Source: Eledone cirrhosa
Taxonomy: Eukaryota
Length of the DNA: 64,000 nucleotides
Direction of reading: 5' to 3'
NCBI GenBank assembly: GCA_964016885.1
Contig: OZ024740.1
Coordinates: 210,304,001 to 210,368,000, forward strand
The notes beneath the pieces were generated by a model. That model was not told where the DNA came from. It searched no databases and worked only from the letters and a program-made list of their open reading frames with translations. The stretch's first letter is position 1. Each line of letters opens with the position of its first letter. Below are positions 15,736 through 30,659 of this stretch, in pieces. The translations under genes and the position numbers were made by a program.

Positions 15736-16803
15736 ATTTATATATATATATATAGAGAGAGAGAGAGGTGGGTAGGTAGGTAGGTATGCGGTGGTTCTGG
15801 AGCAAAAAGTTGTTTCAAGCAGTAATTACCACACTTAACTACTGCTCTAAAATATATGCTATATGAAATCAAAATTGAACACAATAAAGTAAAGAAGGAA
15901 TATGAGGAATTTTCGCGTAAGTTTGGCATCACTGAGCAGAAAATATGATCCACTAAACAATTTACAAATATCTTAGATACCTGAATACATAACATCGAAT
16001 ATAACGTTTCTATTTCAATTGTTCTCTGACATTTTGCAGCGTTTATCTCCTCTTTACTTATTTGTTTGTTTATTTATTTATTTATTTGTTTGTTTTTTTG
16101 TTTGTTTGTCTGACGAAAAAAAAGAGGCGGCGAAGTGGTAAGTCGTTAGAAAATTCTAGCTCACTACGTACTGCGTTCAAATCTCGGGATCAAAATTGCG
16201 TTTCATCCTTTCGAGGTTGATAAATAAAGTCTAGGGTTGATAAATAAGGTCAAGGGTGTTGGATTGGCAGAATTGTTAGAACGTTGAACGTGGTGCCCTG
16301 CGGTATTTCTCTTGACCTTTTACCTTCTAAGTTCCCCTACAACGTCACTGGTGTTAAGAAGCTCAATCGACCTTTGGACAATATCAGTGGCGTAGAAAGG
16401 AAGGACCTGCATCCATGCACGACTGCAGGTCTGCCATAAAACAACTTGTCCAAGCTTTCGCCTCAGCCTGGACCTTTCTTGACGAAAACCTATGGTCATC
16501 TATGACCTAAGGAGTATTGCCGAGGTAAATAAAAGAAGACACATATAACCACTACAGCTAACACAATATAACGACAGAAGCAACCGAAATATTCTTACAC
16601 AATTATTATTGCTATAACAAGTTATTTTTCTTGTATTTGTTTTACAAGATTTCTTATCTGAAAAAGTGTTTTGAAACAGATATTGTTATACTTTGGGAGC
16701 GTCAAGATGCCAATAAAAAACACATACACCTGTTGGTTTTCATTTCAATTTATGACAAATTTCCGGTTGGTTGGTTTAATAACCGGGTGGTTGTTTATTT
16801 ATT

Positions 16804-16846
16804 GTCAAAGCTTTTTCCTTACATATCCTGAGACCTCGTCAGTGAC
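16804..16846 (-). ncRNA. HHR (older copy, family of 45843)
   Basis: GTCA-CTGACGA..GAAA-AAGC-TT-TGAC-AATAAA; element end TATTGTTATACTTTGGGA at 16681. Confidence 0.65.
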
Positions 16847-17488
16847 TAATTTGTTATTTTGTGTCTGCTTCGTTCTATCATACACCATCTTGTTTGTGTG
16901 TGTTGCGTGCTGTGTACTTGGTTTGCGCATTCGTTATATCCAGGTGTGTGTGTGTTTATTTATTTATTTATATGTTTATTTACTTGTCACTAGTTGGTTG
17001 GTTGCTTGGTTAATAAAAGGATTATTATTGTTTTATTAATTTAATTCTTGTGTGTCTTTGTATGTTTTTATCTTGTCCTTAATTACTATTTGTGATGTTG
17101 CTATTCCACTCATGTTTTCTGCTTAATTTTGATTGCTGTTCGTTTATGTCTGTTGCTTCTGTAAAAGATATTTTTCCTTGAACAGAAATATCAATGTAGC
17201 GATTACAAATCATCCCGAATTCATTATAATTTAAAATCGCGTTAAAATTACCCCCACTTACCTTCTCCGGTCTGTAAACTGAACGCAACTTCATCTCATC
17301 CCTATAATTTCAGATTACCCACTGAAATCATTTAACAACAATGTTGACCCTTATGGTTAATAAAAGGATTATTATTTTGTTGAGAGATATATAGCAATTA
17401 CCCGCTGTATCTGCTCAACCACAGGAAATGGCAAAAACTTCACCAAATACAATGAAGAATTGCGAAAAGAGGAAGAGTACCCCCCCCC

Positions 17489-17520
<32 letters not shown>

Positions 17521-17522
<2 letters not shown>

Positions 17523-18285
17523 AAATTAAAATGAATTTAATCTAAATCAAAATTATTGGTGTCATGCCAGAAAGGCATGCACCATATCACCCGTAAAATA
17601 AGCTCTAAGATTCTAATGAATAGGTCCGAGCATTTTATAACAACTAGAAATTGATTAACATATAAATAAACATATGAAACAATCACAGGGGATAATTTTT
17701 ACAAGTGTGTAACCACACATAGCTAGGTAGGTAACTAAATAAAGTTAACTAGAACTTCAAACATTTTACGGGTGATATGGCGCATGCCTTTCTGGCATGA
17801 CACCCATCATTTTGATTTAGATTAAATTCATTTTGATTTATCATAATTTTGGATATAGATATGTAAATACGGCTCCTTAATTGTAGAGCTAACTCTGTTG
17901 AAAGGACTTGACTGCTGTTTCTAGTTGTCGATAACCCTATTCACGCCACTGGGACGAAGCTGGTATGATGTGTGTATTTTTAGTAGATACAGCACGTGTT
18001 ACTGGCCAGTCGCTGATTTGAACTTAATGCGTAAACACAGATCGCTAGACTTCTTCCTTGTTGAGAATCCAAGTACCGGCCTCCGTCGTTTACCAATCGA
18101 TTAATTGGTGAAATATATTTCTTTAATAGAATATATACAGGGAAGATTAATCATATTATAAGGTATCTATTTTTGAAGTTCTAGTTAACTTTATTTAGTT
18201 ACCTACCTAGCTATGTGTGCTTGCACACTTGTAAAAATTATCCCCTGTGATTGTTTATTTATATGTTAATCAATTTCTAGTTGTT
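17521..18285 (+). mobile_element. HHR element with circularly permuted inverted arm (~560-nt unit)
   Basis: 17521-17598 inverts ~17763-17840 and 17636-17760 inverts ~18171-18288. Confidence 0.8.
18053..18145 (+). ncRNA. HHR, U3-A8 core (TTGAGAA)
   Basis: CTTCCTTG-TTGAGAA-TCCAA..TTGGT-GAAA-hairpin stem III-TA-CAGGGAAG; 8-bp stem I. Confidence 0.7.
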
Positions 18286-18288
18286 ATA

Positions 18289-18437
<149 letters not shown>

Positions 18438-18591
18438 ATCCCAAGTTCAATCGGAGTTAACCACAGTAAGTAAGATAATCAATGCATAGCAGAGTATAAA
18501 TATTTAATATAGAAATGGCTTCTAGAGTCGGCTTTCTTGATGATTTCCTCCGAATGAAAAACAGTTCTAGTCCAGTAGAAGCCATTTCTAT

Positions 18592-18630
<39 letters not shown>

Positions 18631-18877
18631 GTGTGTGTGTGTGTGTGTATTACAATTGTTTCGAGGTGTGTGTGTGTGCAGTAAACCGAAGTAGATTTAT
18701 GTTTAAATATATTATTGTTTCAGATTGTTACATTTTATTGATTTCTGTGTCACAATTATATATTGATAATAGTTTAATAACAGCGAAAACTATCGAAGAA
18801 TACCCATTTGAAACTGATTACATCGATACCTTTTGGTGTGAAAACGTGAGATATGCCACAAAATTCCTCCTACACGA

Positions 18878-18909
<32 letters not shown>

Positions 18910-18973
18910 ATACTCGAAAAGAGTGAAAAACAAAAAAAAAACTGCGAGAGGTACTCCGTTGCTTCATTTGATA

Positions 18974-19007
<34 letters not shown>

Positions 19008-19096
19008 TTCTGTGTTTGAATATACAAATATGCATTGCTGTCTATGCTTTCTATTGATTATCATGCAATATTTGTCACAAAGAGAATTTTTAAAGG

Positions 19097-19785
19097 TCTC
19101 ATATATACATAAAGATGAGAAAAATTATTTCCAAGGATCAACTTTTGAAAACAACGTGGAACGATCTTAACCGAATCAACTTTTTTTAAACGTTTGTAAT
19201 TTCAAATTTTGTTTTGTTCCCACGAATCACCCAGGAATTAGAAATAATTTTAACGTGACCCAAGAAGGCGAAAAGAAACTATCATTTAAAATCTATATAT
19301 TTTAAAAAATATTAGTTTAGGTAGAGAAAGAGAGAGAGACATTATCTAATGTATTCTTGTGGGTCAACACTTGAACATCTGCTGTAAACTTGATACTTGT
19401 AGTAGTCATAAATCCCACGCTGTGTCGTGTCTTCTTTTATTACATATTTAGCAGGAAGGAAGGCTGCAAGTGAAGCACAGTGAAGAGGGAACTTAACACC
19501 CAAAGATAATATTTTGATAACGACTACATACTGCTGTACACTGAGAAAAGTTGCAGAAGTTTTTATGCGCTATGAAGTCATCTGTGTGCTGAGAAACATT
19601 TGAACCTAAGGAGAACATGACGATGAAATACAAAGCACAAGGCACTACCTCTCTTCCCATTGTCTCTCACTTACGCCCTTTCTTTTTTGTTTTCTTTCTA
19701 ATGTATACATATGAGTGACTGAATTTATTTTCACGCAAACATGTATATAAATTTAGTGTCTAGTTTACCAGGTGCACCCACCTAG
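19097..19785 (+). mobile_element. Possible non-autonomous Helitron
   Basis: TC..ATATATACATAAA 5' end and GGTGCACC..CTAG|T 3' end. Confidence 0.35.
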
Positions 19786-20628
19786 TATTTAGAAGGAATT
19801 CTATTCGCTCTCCCAAGCAGTTTAAATACGGCAAAGCTTACAAAATGTCAGAAAATATTAACGAGGTTAATTTGAAATAACATATTGTATGTACTAACGT
19901 GCGCCGTAGTGTAGGAGTAAGAACATTTCAGGTAGACAAGCTTTTTCGACACAATTTCGATCCTATATTGTGGCTTAATCGTCTTACTAACATTACACAT
20001 GATTTTGAAATAAAAATTCATGAATGAAACAGACTTCTCCTTTTCTTTAAAACAGAGAGACCCTCTAAGTACGGAAGAAATCAATTTTGCTGATATAATG
20101 ACACTATTATAGGTTGTGATAATGAAAGAAACCATTATTTCTAGAGGCTATGGCGTACATGGTAAAGGTAAGCTCTAGTTGATCTGAATTGGTGTTTTAT
20201 TTTGGACTCCTGGATAGTGTTATTTCATTTCAGTGGCTCCCCACCTTCACAGTTCGTTTACAGTGTTACGCGACATAAACAAACATAAATGTTTACCACC
20301 ATCAACAATATTCCAGAAACCGATAATCACTCCCTACCAATTTGTTTTATTCTATAACAAATACCGAGGTGTTTTTAATCCGACACTCTAACGACTTTGC
20401 TAATTCGCCGCCTTATAAAGTAGAAACTGCACAGTAAAATGTTTCTTACCCGCTTTAGAGATCTAGAATTAATGGTGTTTGTTGTTAACATTATAGTGTC
20501 TATAATGTATTAGTAATAATCCACTTCGATAAACCGATCTTATCTATGAGGAAACTAACAATTAAGCTCAATTATTGTATAACACGATTAATACACCGAA
20601 ATAGAAATATCCATTAGCATCTGAAATA

Positions 20629-20815
20629 CGAGGGTCAGCTGAAAGGTTCATAGGCTGACTATGCTAGAGCTGTGAAAGCTTGCAAGCATTAATTTTAACT
20701 CTTCTGATAAATAACTGTATATTTTCTTTCCAGGGACTATGTTGGAAAATAAACCTCATTTAATCATTCCATGAGAGTATTTTGGTCAGCCTATGAAACT
20801 TTCAGTCGACCCTCG
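20629..20815. mobile_element. Mariner-type MITE
   Basis: TIR CGAGGGTCAGCTGAAAGGTTCATAGGCTGAC, TA flanks; diverged copy at 59460-59657. Confidence 0.85.
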
Positions 20816-21027
20816 TAAGTCTGTTACCAATTGGCAGTAGAGCGTCGGGCAAAATGATTTGCGGTATATAGTTTATGTATTTGGTTTGGAACATTCTTCA
20901 TGTGGAATCGTGTGTTGAAACAGATACTGTTATATTTGGGGATAGCCAATTTTGGCAATTTTGGCTATAAACGTACCACAGAAAAGTAAGATGGAAGAAA
21001 CGGATTGCGACCAAAAAGAAGATCAAA

Positions 21028-21072
21028 TGTCATTGAGGAGGTCACAGAAAGTGTGACGAAAAAGCTTTGATG
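21028..21072 (+). ncRNA. HHR (C3U) in inverted-arm element ~20880-21175
   Basis: TGTCA-TTGAGGA-GGTCACAGAAAGTGTGAC-GAAA-AAGC-TT-TGATG. Confidence 0.65.
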
Positions 21073-22348
21073 AATTAACCAATAACTAATAATAAAGCTG
21101 GAGTAAAAATCGATTAGTCTGTGTTTTTTTATTGGCAAAATTAGCAAAATGACCATCCCCAAATATAAAAATATTATGCAGTTTATTTATTTATTTCCAA
21201 CGCAGGTCATTTACATGTTAACAGTAGCACTCGGAGTGGTCTGACAGAAACATGATTGAATGTTGGCGACTAAACTGGCACTCCCACCAGGCGAAAAGGG
21301 TTATTAGAAATCCAACAGAACAGAAACAAGATCTATCAAAAGACAGATGAAATAAATATAATGACAACGATTAACTTGCAATAGTGTACGGTTACATAGA
21401 CAGGTATTCCTTTGGAAAATTTCCAGAATATTACCTCATAGGAAGTTGAAACCTATGTTCTATGCTAGCAAAACAGAAATATACCTGTTCAAATGTCTCA
21501 ACCATGTCAGCAAGCGGGTTGATGCATCGCATTGCGGTAATTCGGCTTGCGTTTGCTGTCAGTATATGCGTATGTTTGGTATTATTAGACACACTTTGAC
21601 AAGAAGAACTTCCCGTATGATGTGGAATGCGAAGGTAAGGGGGATCAGAATCGATTTATTTAGGTTTTGTATATTAGATAATGTAGTCCTAGTGTCCGAG
21701 AGACACTGCCTAAAAATGATACCGTTGTCGTGTCTAGAACACCTTTTATAATAGGGCTGATCAAATATGGCTGACGGGAGCTAAACTACATATTTGCGGC
21801 ATACGTTATTTTTATCCCTTGCAGCATTAGAGCTAGACTATAAAAAACTCATCAGTTCATCATCACTATCATCATCATCATATTCGAAGTCGTTCAAATC
21901 CCGTCGAGGTTAACTTTGCCTTTCATCCTTATGGGGTCGATAAAATAAAACACCAGTAATGCACTGGGGTAATTGCTGGCCTTGTACCAAAAGTAGAAAC
22001 AATTATATTCGTCGTGATAATCAACAAAAACAGCAACAACAACGACAACAAACTGCCACCAGTCTATAAGTACCCCAAAAAGCAATGTTCAGACTAATCA
22101 ATAAAAATGTCATCGTGCACTTGTGAACGTCGCCATCATTTCACCATAAGGACATGGCCATTGTAGTCACGATGATGATAGTCATCATCATCATAATCAT
22201 CATAATCATCACAATCGTTTTACTCATCATCATCGTCGTTATCACTGCAGTTGCTACTCCAAGTATTTCTTGACAAATCCAGTTCGGTCAACATCTACTT
22301 CAAACCTTCTATTTATATTCTTAATATCGCTAGTCTTTCCTACTTACA

Positions 22349-22436
<88 letters not shown>

Positions 22437-22590
22437 GTGTAATATATATGTATATATAAATATTAGTATGCACACACACATACACACACACATATCCCCC
22501 CCCCCCACATATATATATATATACATACATACAGACATATATATATATACATACATACAGACATATATATACATACATACATACATACAG

Positions 22591-22635
<45 letters not shown>

Positions 22636-22907
22636 CAGACAGACACATATATATATATATATATATACATATGTACGTATCGGTTATATCGAATATTAAT
22701 AATTGTTTCTACTTTAGGAACAAGGCCACCAATTACCCCAGTGCATTACTGGTACTTTATTTTATCGACCCCGTAAGGATGAAAGGCAAAGTCAACCTCA
22801 ATAATGGTCGATTCGTTTGTAAACAAACGGCCTGATTTGATGCTGTTTCCGTGCCGGTGACCGGGGGGGGGGGGGGTCACCTGTTTGTTCAACACTGGCT
22901 TTGAGGA

Positions 22908-22951
22908 ACAATGAACAGGATTCGGGGCCATTGCCCCTTCATCTGGACTGT
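22908..22951 (-). ncRNA. Degenerate HHR
   Basis: CAGATGA-AGGGGCAATGGCCCC-GAAT; core mismatches, weak stem I. Confidence 0.35.
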
Positions 22952-23303
22952 ATACCTCTACCCATTTGTTGAACGATTGAAAATATATAGTATAATATTT
23001 TCTTAAGTACGTATCGGCTGAGTAACTCCATTTGCATACCGAGGGAGTTACGGGATCCACCAGCTTTAAAGTGCTGAAGACACACCGTATGTCATCACAA
23101 CGTCCCTAAGACTCCATCAATAGTCCATGCATATATACAATGATTTTAGTTTAAAAACAACAACATATTTGAATGGTTCTTAACAGCTTTAATGGAATAC
23201 ACTTCTTAGATTGATAAATACATCTTGGTGTATTAGAGCGTTATGCATCCATACACAATCTCACAAATCCCAATAGTCATTTGATAAAAGAATATACGTT
23301 ACT

Positions 23304-23338
<35 letters not shown>

Positions 23339-23374
23339 ACAAATGAATCACTGAATTGGAAGTTATGCTTTCTG

Positions 23375-23590
23375 TGCGGTAGATTGGCAGGATCGTTCAA
23401 GCGTCGGACAAAATGTTTTGTGGCATTCAGTTATGTCTCCTTACGTTCTGAGTTCAAATCCCATCGAGGTTAACTTTGTTATTCATCCTTTCGAGGTAAA
23501 TGAAAATAAGTTAGCAGTCAATTATTGTAGTCTCAATAATCGACTTCTCCTCCTTCTAAATTGCTGTCCTTGATCCTAAATTAAAAAGCA
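23375..23590 (+). mobile_element. tRNA-derived SINE
   Basis: Same family as 11405-11592. Confidence 0.75.
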
Positions 23591-23693
23591 TTGTTATTTA
23601 ATATTTTTCTTTATCTTTCTGCTTGTATCATTGAAGATGTCGCAGGAAGAAAGAGCTGTCGTTCTGCGGCGAGATGGAAGAGATATTCTAGAG

Positions 23694-24105
23694 CAGGGCT
23701 CTCAAACACGTGGCCCGCAAACTAATTTGGTTTTTCCCTGTTTTAAAAATATTTATTGCACAATTTATTACAATAAAATGGGAAAAAAAAACGGTTTTTA
23801 CAAAAAGTGAAAACAGAAAAAAAAGGAATTTACCAAAAATGAAAACAAAATTAAGGGAAATTTGAAACAGAACATTTATCTCCCTACATTTTGTACTAAT
23901 TCACATATCGCACTTACTGTCATATGCGTATCATATCGCACTTACTGTCATATGCGTATTCATTTTGATGAGAAAAAATATATACTGTAGCAGCCTATCA
24001 GCTGTATTGCAGATTAGCATTATAATTGCTGGAAATACTCCCCACCTAACCTTGTCCCCCCGAGGACGTAATAGCCCTTTTAAGTCCTTCAGTTTGAAAC
24101 CCCTG
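23694..24105. mobile_element. hAT (Charlie-like) non-autonomous element
   Basis: CAGGGCTCTCAAAC / GTTTGAAACCCCTG termini, 8-bp TSD TTCTAGAG. Confidence 0.85.
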
Positions 24106-24574
24106 TTCTAGAGTGATTCCATGTGACATCAGAGTTTCTTTGACGTCACCTATCCCGTTTTTCCTAGGTCTGCCTTAGGCTTTATGGCCAGACATCCTTG
24201 ATTTATACGCACGGTGGAAGTTATTTGGTGGATATGGAGACAAATATTTCTCTAGTTCACTTCAAGTTACTGATGCCTAACATCAGATTCAATGTAGCTT
24301 CAACTTGTTGTTAAATACATCACGCATACCTCAGATTTTGTTATTTAATATATCCATTAATGGCGGACATTACTATGTCTACTGACGATAACGATATATG
24401 TCATTCGTCACCTTCGTTATCGTAAACTTTAAATGCTTTCACACACACATACACACACACATGCGTATGTCTATATGTATATGTATATATATGTGTGTGT
24501 ATCTATATATATATATAAATTAATAAAAATAATGAATAAACAAAGAAACAGTTCCTTATATTAAAAAATTCATC

Positions 24575-24700
24575 ATTTTACGATCGTTTCTAGGATATAT
24601 ATGTTAGTGTTGGTATGCATCCTATAGATCTATGTAAAGTTTTTACAAACTATCAGAGGGAATATACATACCTACACATATATATGCTGTCTTCAGAAAA
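24575..24700 (-). ncRNA. HHR with ~100-nt stem II
   Basis: CTGAAGA-long ATATATATGT/ACATATATAT hairpin-GAAA-CGATCG-TA; short stem I. Confidence 0.6.
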
Positions 24701-24789
24701 TTTTGAATACATCTTCTCTTTTCATGATATTCGGATTACATTGAGTAATATACGGATTGGAGACTACCGTACATTTTGGTAGATTTATC

Positions 24790-24826
<37 letters not shown>

Positions 24827-24886
24827 GGAGAGAGAGAGGGGGGAAGGAAGTTGAAAATGCAACTGGACTCCTTTAACAATAATTTA

Positions 24887-24928
24887 TAACTTTATCGGTT
24901 TCACAAGTTTCATGATTTTCGAAAGTTA
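24887..24928 (-). ncRNA. HHR, U3-A8 plus U4C core (TCGAAAA)
   Basis: TAACTT-TCGAAAA-TCATGAAACTTGT-GAAA-CCGA-TA-AAGTTA. Confidence 0.5.
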
Positions 24929-25319
24929 AGAGAGATGGAGAGATGTGTGGCTATGCCGACTTGTAACTCACTGTTTCTGAGGAAAAGAGAGTGATTGATC
25001 TCGAATATCGGTATTAAAAATAGGTGGTGACGTCGCCACTATTTTGTGTTCGATCACTGAATTTACTTCTAAAACGATCGGAAAACAATGAAGTACTCTT
25101 AACAACCTACATCTGATTTTTGTTTTATTTGAGCTCGTCAAATCGGACCAAGGAAACAATGTTTCCATTGGTCTTTCCAATTTCTAATACTATCTATCGG
25201 TCAAGGTAGAAGGAGCAACGTGAAATAAAGTGTCTTGCTCAAGGACATATCGCATCCGGGAATCAAACTCACAACCTCACGATTGCGAATCCAATTCTCT
25301 AACCACTCAGCCATGCGCC

Positions 25320-25376
<57 letters not shown>

Positions 25377-25453
25377 ACACACAAACATACACACACACAC
25401 AAACAAACAAACACACACACACACACGCGCACACGCGCACGCGCACGCGCACG

Positions 25454-25502
<49 letters not shown>

Positions 25503-25544
25503 ATAATAACAAAATAAGATGCTGAGGTTACATATATCGTTTAA

Positions 25545-25631
25545 TCATAATAATTATTTCCACGGTTCTCCATGCAATCGATATGTCCTTCATGCATGAG
25601 CTGTTGTTATGAGAACGGAATCCTCAGATGA
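25545..25631 (-). ncRNA. HHR, extended stem II; inverted partial copy at 25669-25751
   Basis: TCAT-CTGAGGA..GTTCTC/GAGAAC..GAAA-TAATTA-TT-ATGA; inverted repeat 25505-25627 vs 25669-25791. Confidence 0.75.
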
Positions 25632-25904
25632 AAAACGATATGTTTGATATGTCACTGGCAGGAAAAAACTGAGGATACCGTTCTCATAACAACAGCAAAT
25701 GCATGAAGGACATATCGATTGCATGGAGAACCGTGGAAATAATTATTATGATTAAACGATATATGTAACCTCAGCATCTTATTTTGTTATTTTTATAAAA
25801 ATCTCCACCGTAACTAAAAACTACGATTGTTGAGTTTTCTCCTGCTTATTCCTGTTTTTACCAAAAGAATCCCTTCTGAACGCACACACACACAGACACA
25901 CACA

Positions 25905-27162
<1,258 letters not shown>

Positions 27163-27204
27163 TATATTACTCTTTTACTCTTTTACCTGCTCCAGCCACC
27201 CAGA

Positions 27205-27271
<67 letters not shown>

Positions 27272-27333
27272 GGAAAAGAATGAAACGAAATTTCATTTCT
27301 CACTCTTAGTACGGCTGATACCTAAATATAAGT

Positions 27334-27655
27334 ATGTATACGTACATACATATATGTGTACAGTCGTACAGTAGTATGTATATATATACATACATGCACA
27401 TATATATATATATATATGTACGTATGGGTTTACCGAACATTTATTATAATGTTCGGTTTGGTTGCCGAGCACTGTACGGCGTAATTCGGGCTGTTTGTTT
27501 ACAAACAAACCGAACATTATAATAAATGTTCGGTAAACCCATACGTACATATATATATATATATGTGTGCATGTATGTATATATATACTACTGTACGTCT
27601 GTACACATATATATACTACTGTACGTCTGTACACATATATGCATGTACGTATACA
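27334..27655. repeat. Fold-back inverted repeat between (TA)n tracts
   Basis: GTACGTATGGGTTTACCGAACATTTATTATAATGTTCGGTTTG and its reverse complement. Confidence 0.8.
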
Positions 27656-27657
27656 TA

Positions 27658-27717
<60 letters not shown>

Positions 27718-27760
27718 ATGATATTAAAATAAATGGAAACTATATTTATAAAACCATATT

Positions 27761-27823
27761 TATTTTATTATATATATTTCAAGGGTACCAAAACACTTTG
27801 GTACGCTTTCTTCAGATAAAATA
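27761..27823 (-). ncRNA. Type I HHR
   Basis: TATTTTAT-CTGAAGA-..GTACCAAA/TTTGGTAC..-GAAA-TATATA-TA-ATAAAATA. Confidence 0.9.
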
Positions 27824-27962
27824 CAAAGTTTGTTTTATAATTAGAGACATACCCAAGAAAATCATACCTTATCAGTTGGATATTCTCTGGATATTTATAT
27901 TTATATTTATATTTGTCGGATTTCCAACAAATTAAATACCCCTTCTACTTATATATATATAT

Positions 27963-28048
<86 letters not shown>

Positions 28049-28251
28049 TATATATATATATATTTATATTGTTATATTTGGGGAGGGTCATATTGTTATA
28101 ATATTGCCAGAAATAATAAAACACACTCATTGTTTGGTTTGGATTGGTTTTCGCTTTTGTATCTTTTATATCTCCACATAGTTAATTTATCTGTCAATCA
28201 ATGTTTATCATTGATTGACCAACGGTTAAAAATGCAGATATAAATATATAT

Positions 28252-28305
28252 ATAGTCTATCAAAGTTCTTTCGTCACACCTCTGTGACATCATTAGTGGC
28301 ACTAT
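28252..28305 (-). ncRNA. HHR with G5A mutation (probably inactive)
   Basis: CTAATGA-TGTCACAGAGGTGTGAC-GAAA-GAAC-TT; family of 45843. Confidence 0.65.
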
Positions 28306-28477
28306 TATGTTTCCCCCCTTTGTATTGTAATGGCTACGCCATTTTTATTTATTTATTTATTTATTCTTGTCTCTGTCTCTGTTTGCGCATGCGTTTTCGT
28401 GTGTGTTTTCTGTTTGGTGTGTGTGTTCGTGTTTGAGTCTGTGTGTTTTTGTATTCTATCTTTGTTCACTAGTGGGT

Positions 28478-28899
28478 GTCTACTGTCAAAGGGCAAAGGA
28501 GCTCTTAAGAGTCAATGGCCATCCAAAATCACCGGGAGAGATAACCCCCTTAGCCTTTGTCAAGGCAGAATTCTAGGAGAAGGAAAACTCTGATATAACA
28601 CCTGCAACCCTGATGGTATCCAATGATGTTGACTTGTTCTTCTTTTTGGTAAATATCATCTTGGTTAAGAGAGTGGCACTGGCTTTGTGCAGTGCCTTTG
28701 CTCACTATAAAAGCTTCCCGGCACAGGCATTGCTTTATATCTGGAGATCTCTCTGCACTTGTCGTCACATGGTACCATGGGCCCAGCACTATGTGTCAAT
28801 AATTGTCACAAGTGTAGTGTTTGTACCAGAGTTTTCAGTCGCTGGTTGGACTTAAAAGTCACACTCGTTCAGCGCATCGGTAGGGGTTCTCCTACATGG

Positions 28900-28902
<3 letters not shown>
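28478..28902 (+). mobile_element. Short RTE-derived non-autonomous retroposon fragment
   Basis: CTAGGAGAAGGAAAACTCTGA (RTE-type 5' UTR motif) joined to a C2H2 remnant [22 protein letters not shown]; other copies 39688-40003, 45118-45175, 45291-45712. Confidence 0.6.
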
Positions 28903-28950
<48 letters not shown>

Positions 28951-29053
28951 CATACATATATATATATATATACATACGTACATATATATATATATACATA
29001 CATATATATATATATACATACATACATACATATATACATACATACATACATAT

Positions 29054-29138
<85 letters not shown>

Positions 29139-29304
29139 CATCTACATATGTTACATCTACATATGTATACGTGTGTGTATTCATATGCATACTAGTATTT
29201 CAGTATGCATATGTAGATGTACATTTTTGACTTAATTGTTTAAGCGTCAGTCATACAAAAGTGAGTTACAAACGAAACGAAATTTAATTTCGTTTCGTTA
29301 TTTG

Positions 29305-29359
<55 letters not shown>

Positions 29360-29501
29360 GAAAAGTGTAAGTTTCTACACAAAACGAAGGTTATAGAGAA
29401 AATTGAGGTTGGTAATGGCACATGGAATATATAAGAGACAGAATACTTTTTTGTGAAAAAACATATAATTTTATAAGGTAAGGAAAGAATAAAGGGTATA
29501 A

Positions 29502-29549
29502 AAAATGACCGGTTTCGATGGGTCTGCAAAAGCCATCTTTTCAAATGTT
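29502..29549 (-). ncRNA. HHR, U3-A8 core (TTGAAAA)
   Basis: TTGAAAA-GATGG..CCATC-GAAA-CCGG-TC. Confidence 0.65.
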
Positions 29550-29897
29550 GATTAATATTAAGAAAAATTAATAATAAGAAGAGTTAAAATTTGAGATTTG
29601 AAAATTCAAGTATAAAATTCAGTGAGGGATTTCATAGTAGTTTTCATCTTGGTAGCAGCAAGTTGGTAGCAGCAAGTTGACTGCTGTGTGTCCCTTTCTG
29701 GTAGTGAATGAGGAATTAAGGTCAGATTTAGCAATGGTCAGATGGCCAGCTGCTGGTCAGTGAGATGGGTGGAAGCAATATACATACATATATCTCCCCA
29801 TGTGGTCGGTAGGAGAGGGGAGAGTGATAGAAAGGGATTTAGTGCACTTACACCTATATATACACATACCCTCATCCACACACACATACATATACAT

Positions 29898-29948
<51 letters not shown>

Positions 29949-29979
29949 AAGAATCAAAGAACTGTTCAAAACATTTTTG

Positions 29980-30026
29980 TGCTTACAACTGTTTCCTCCA
30001 AACCGAGGTTTGGATTCTTCGGAGCA
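29980..30026 (-). ncRNA. HHR, U4C core, in element 29942-30577
   Basis: Same core and stem II as 4356-4404 in a diverged copy; shared CATAACCATAAATAGTA terminus. Confidence 0.8.
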
Positions 30027-30574
30027 ATTTATTAATGAATGGACAGTTATATGACCTCCTTTTCACCCAAGAGACATACAGATACATATGCAAATATTGT
30101 GGGTCAACATTCATTACAGCATTTAGAGTGGCAGTACACACTTAGAGATTACATTCATATTAAAAGGTACAATCAAAAATCAAAAATACAGGTTAAAATA
30201 CAACATGAAAATAAGCGGTTATATAGTGCAAATGTTATATGTGTGGCAAGCACGTGCGTCTTGTTTATATAGTGTGGCAGAGAGTTACGTGTAGTAGAAG
30301 CACTTAGGTAGGTAAACCAGAGTGTTAGGTTGGTTGATTTGGTGGCAAATTCTTTATATGATTGTTATAGTCTGTGTGTGGAGAAATGATATAAGCATTA
30401 AAAATAGTGCAAGCATTAAAAATATTAAAAGTATTGGAAAATGCACAGCGAAGGGATGATATGGACTTCATGTACTTCGACATTTTCATAGTCAGGGGAG
30501 TGTATTTTTCAGATTATATGCCCCTCACATAATCCCCGTTTCTGTATTTACATAACCATAAATAGTATAATTAA

Positions 30575-30659
<85 letters not shown>

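Noticed and set aside
18500-18600. Short hairpin enclosing TTGATGA..GAAA
   Set aside because: Inverted repeat is real but stems I and III of a hammerhead cannot be formed
18810-18850. CTGATTA..GAAAACGT hammerhead-like string
   Set aside because: Lacks G8, the UH cleavage site and stem I
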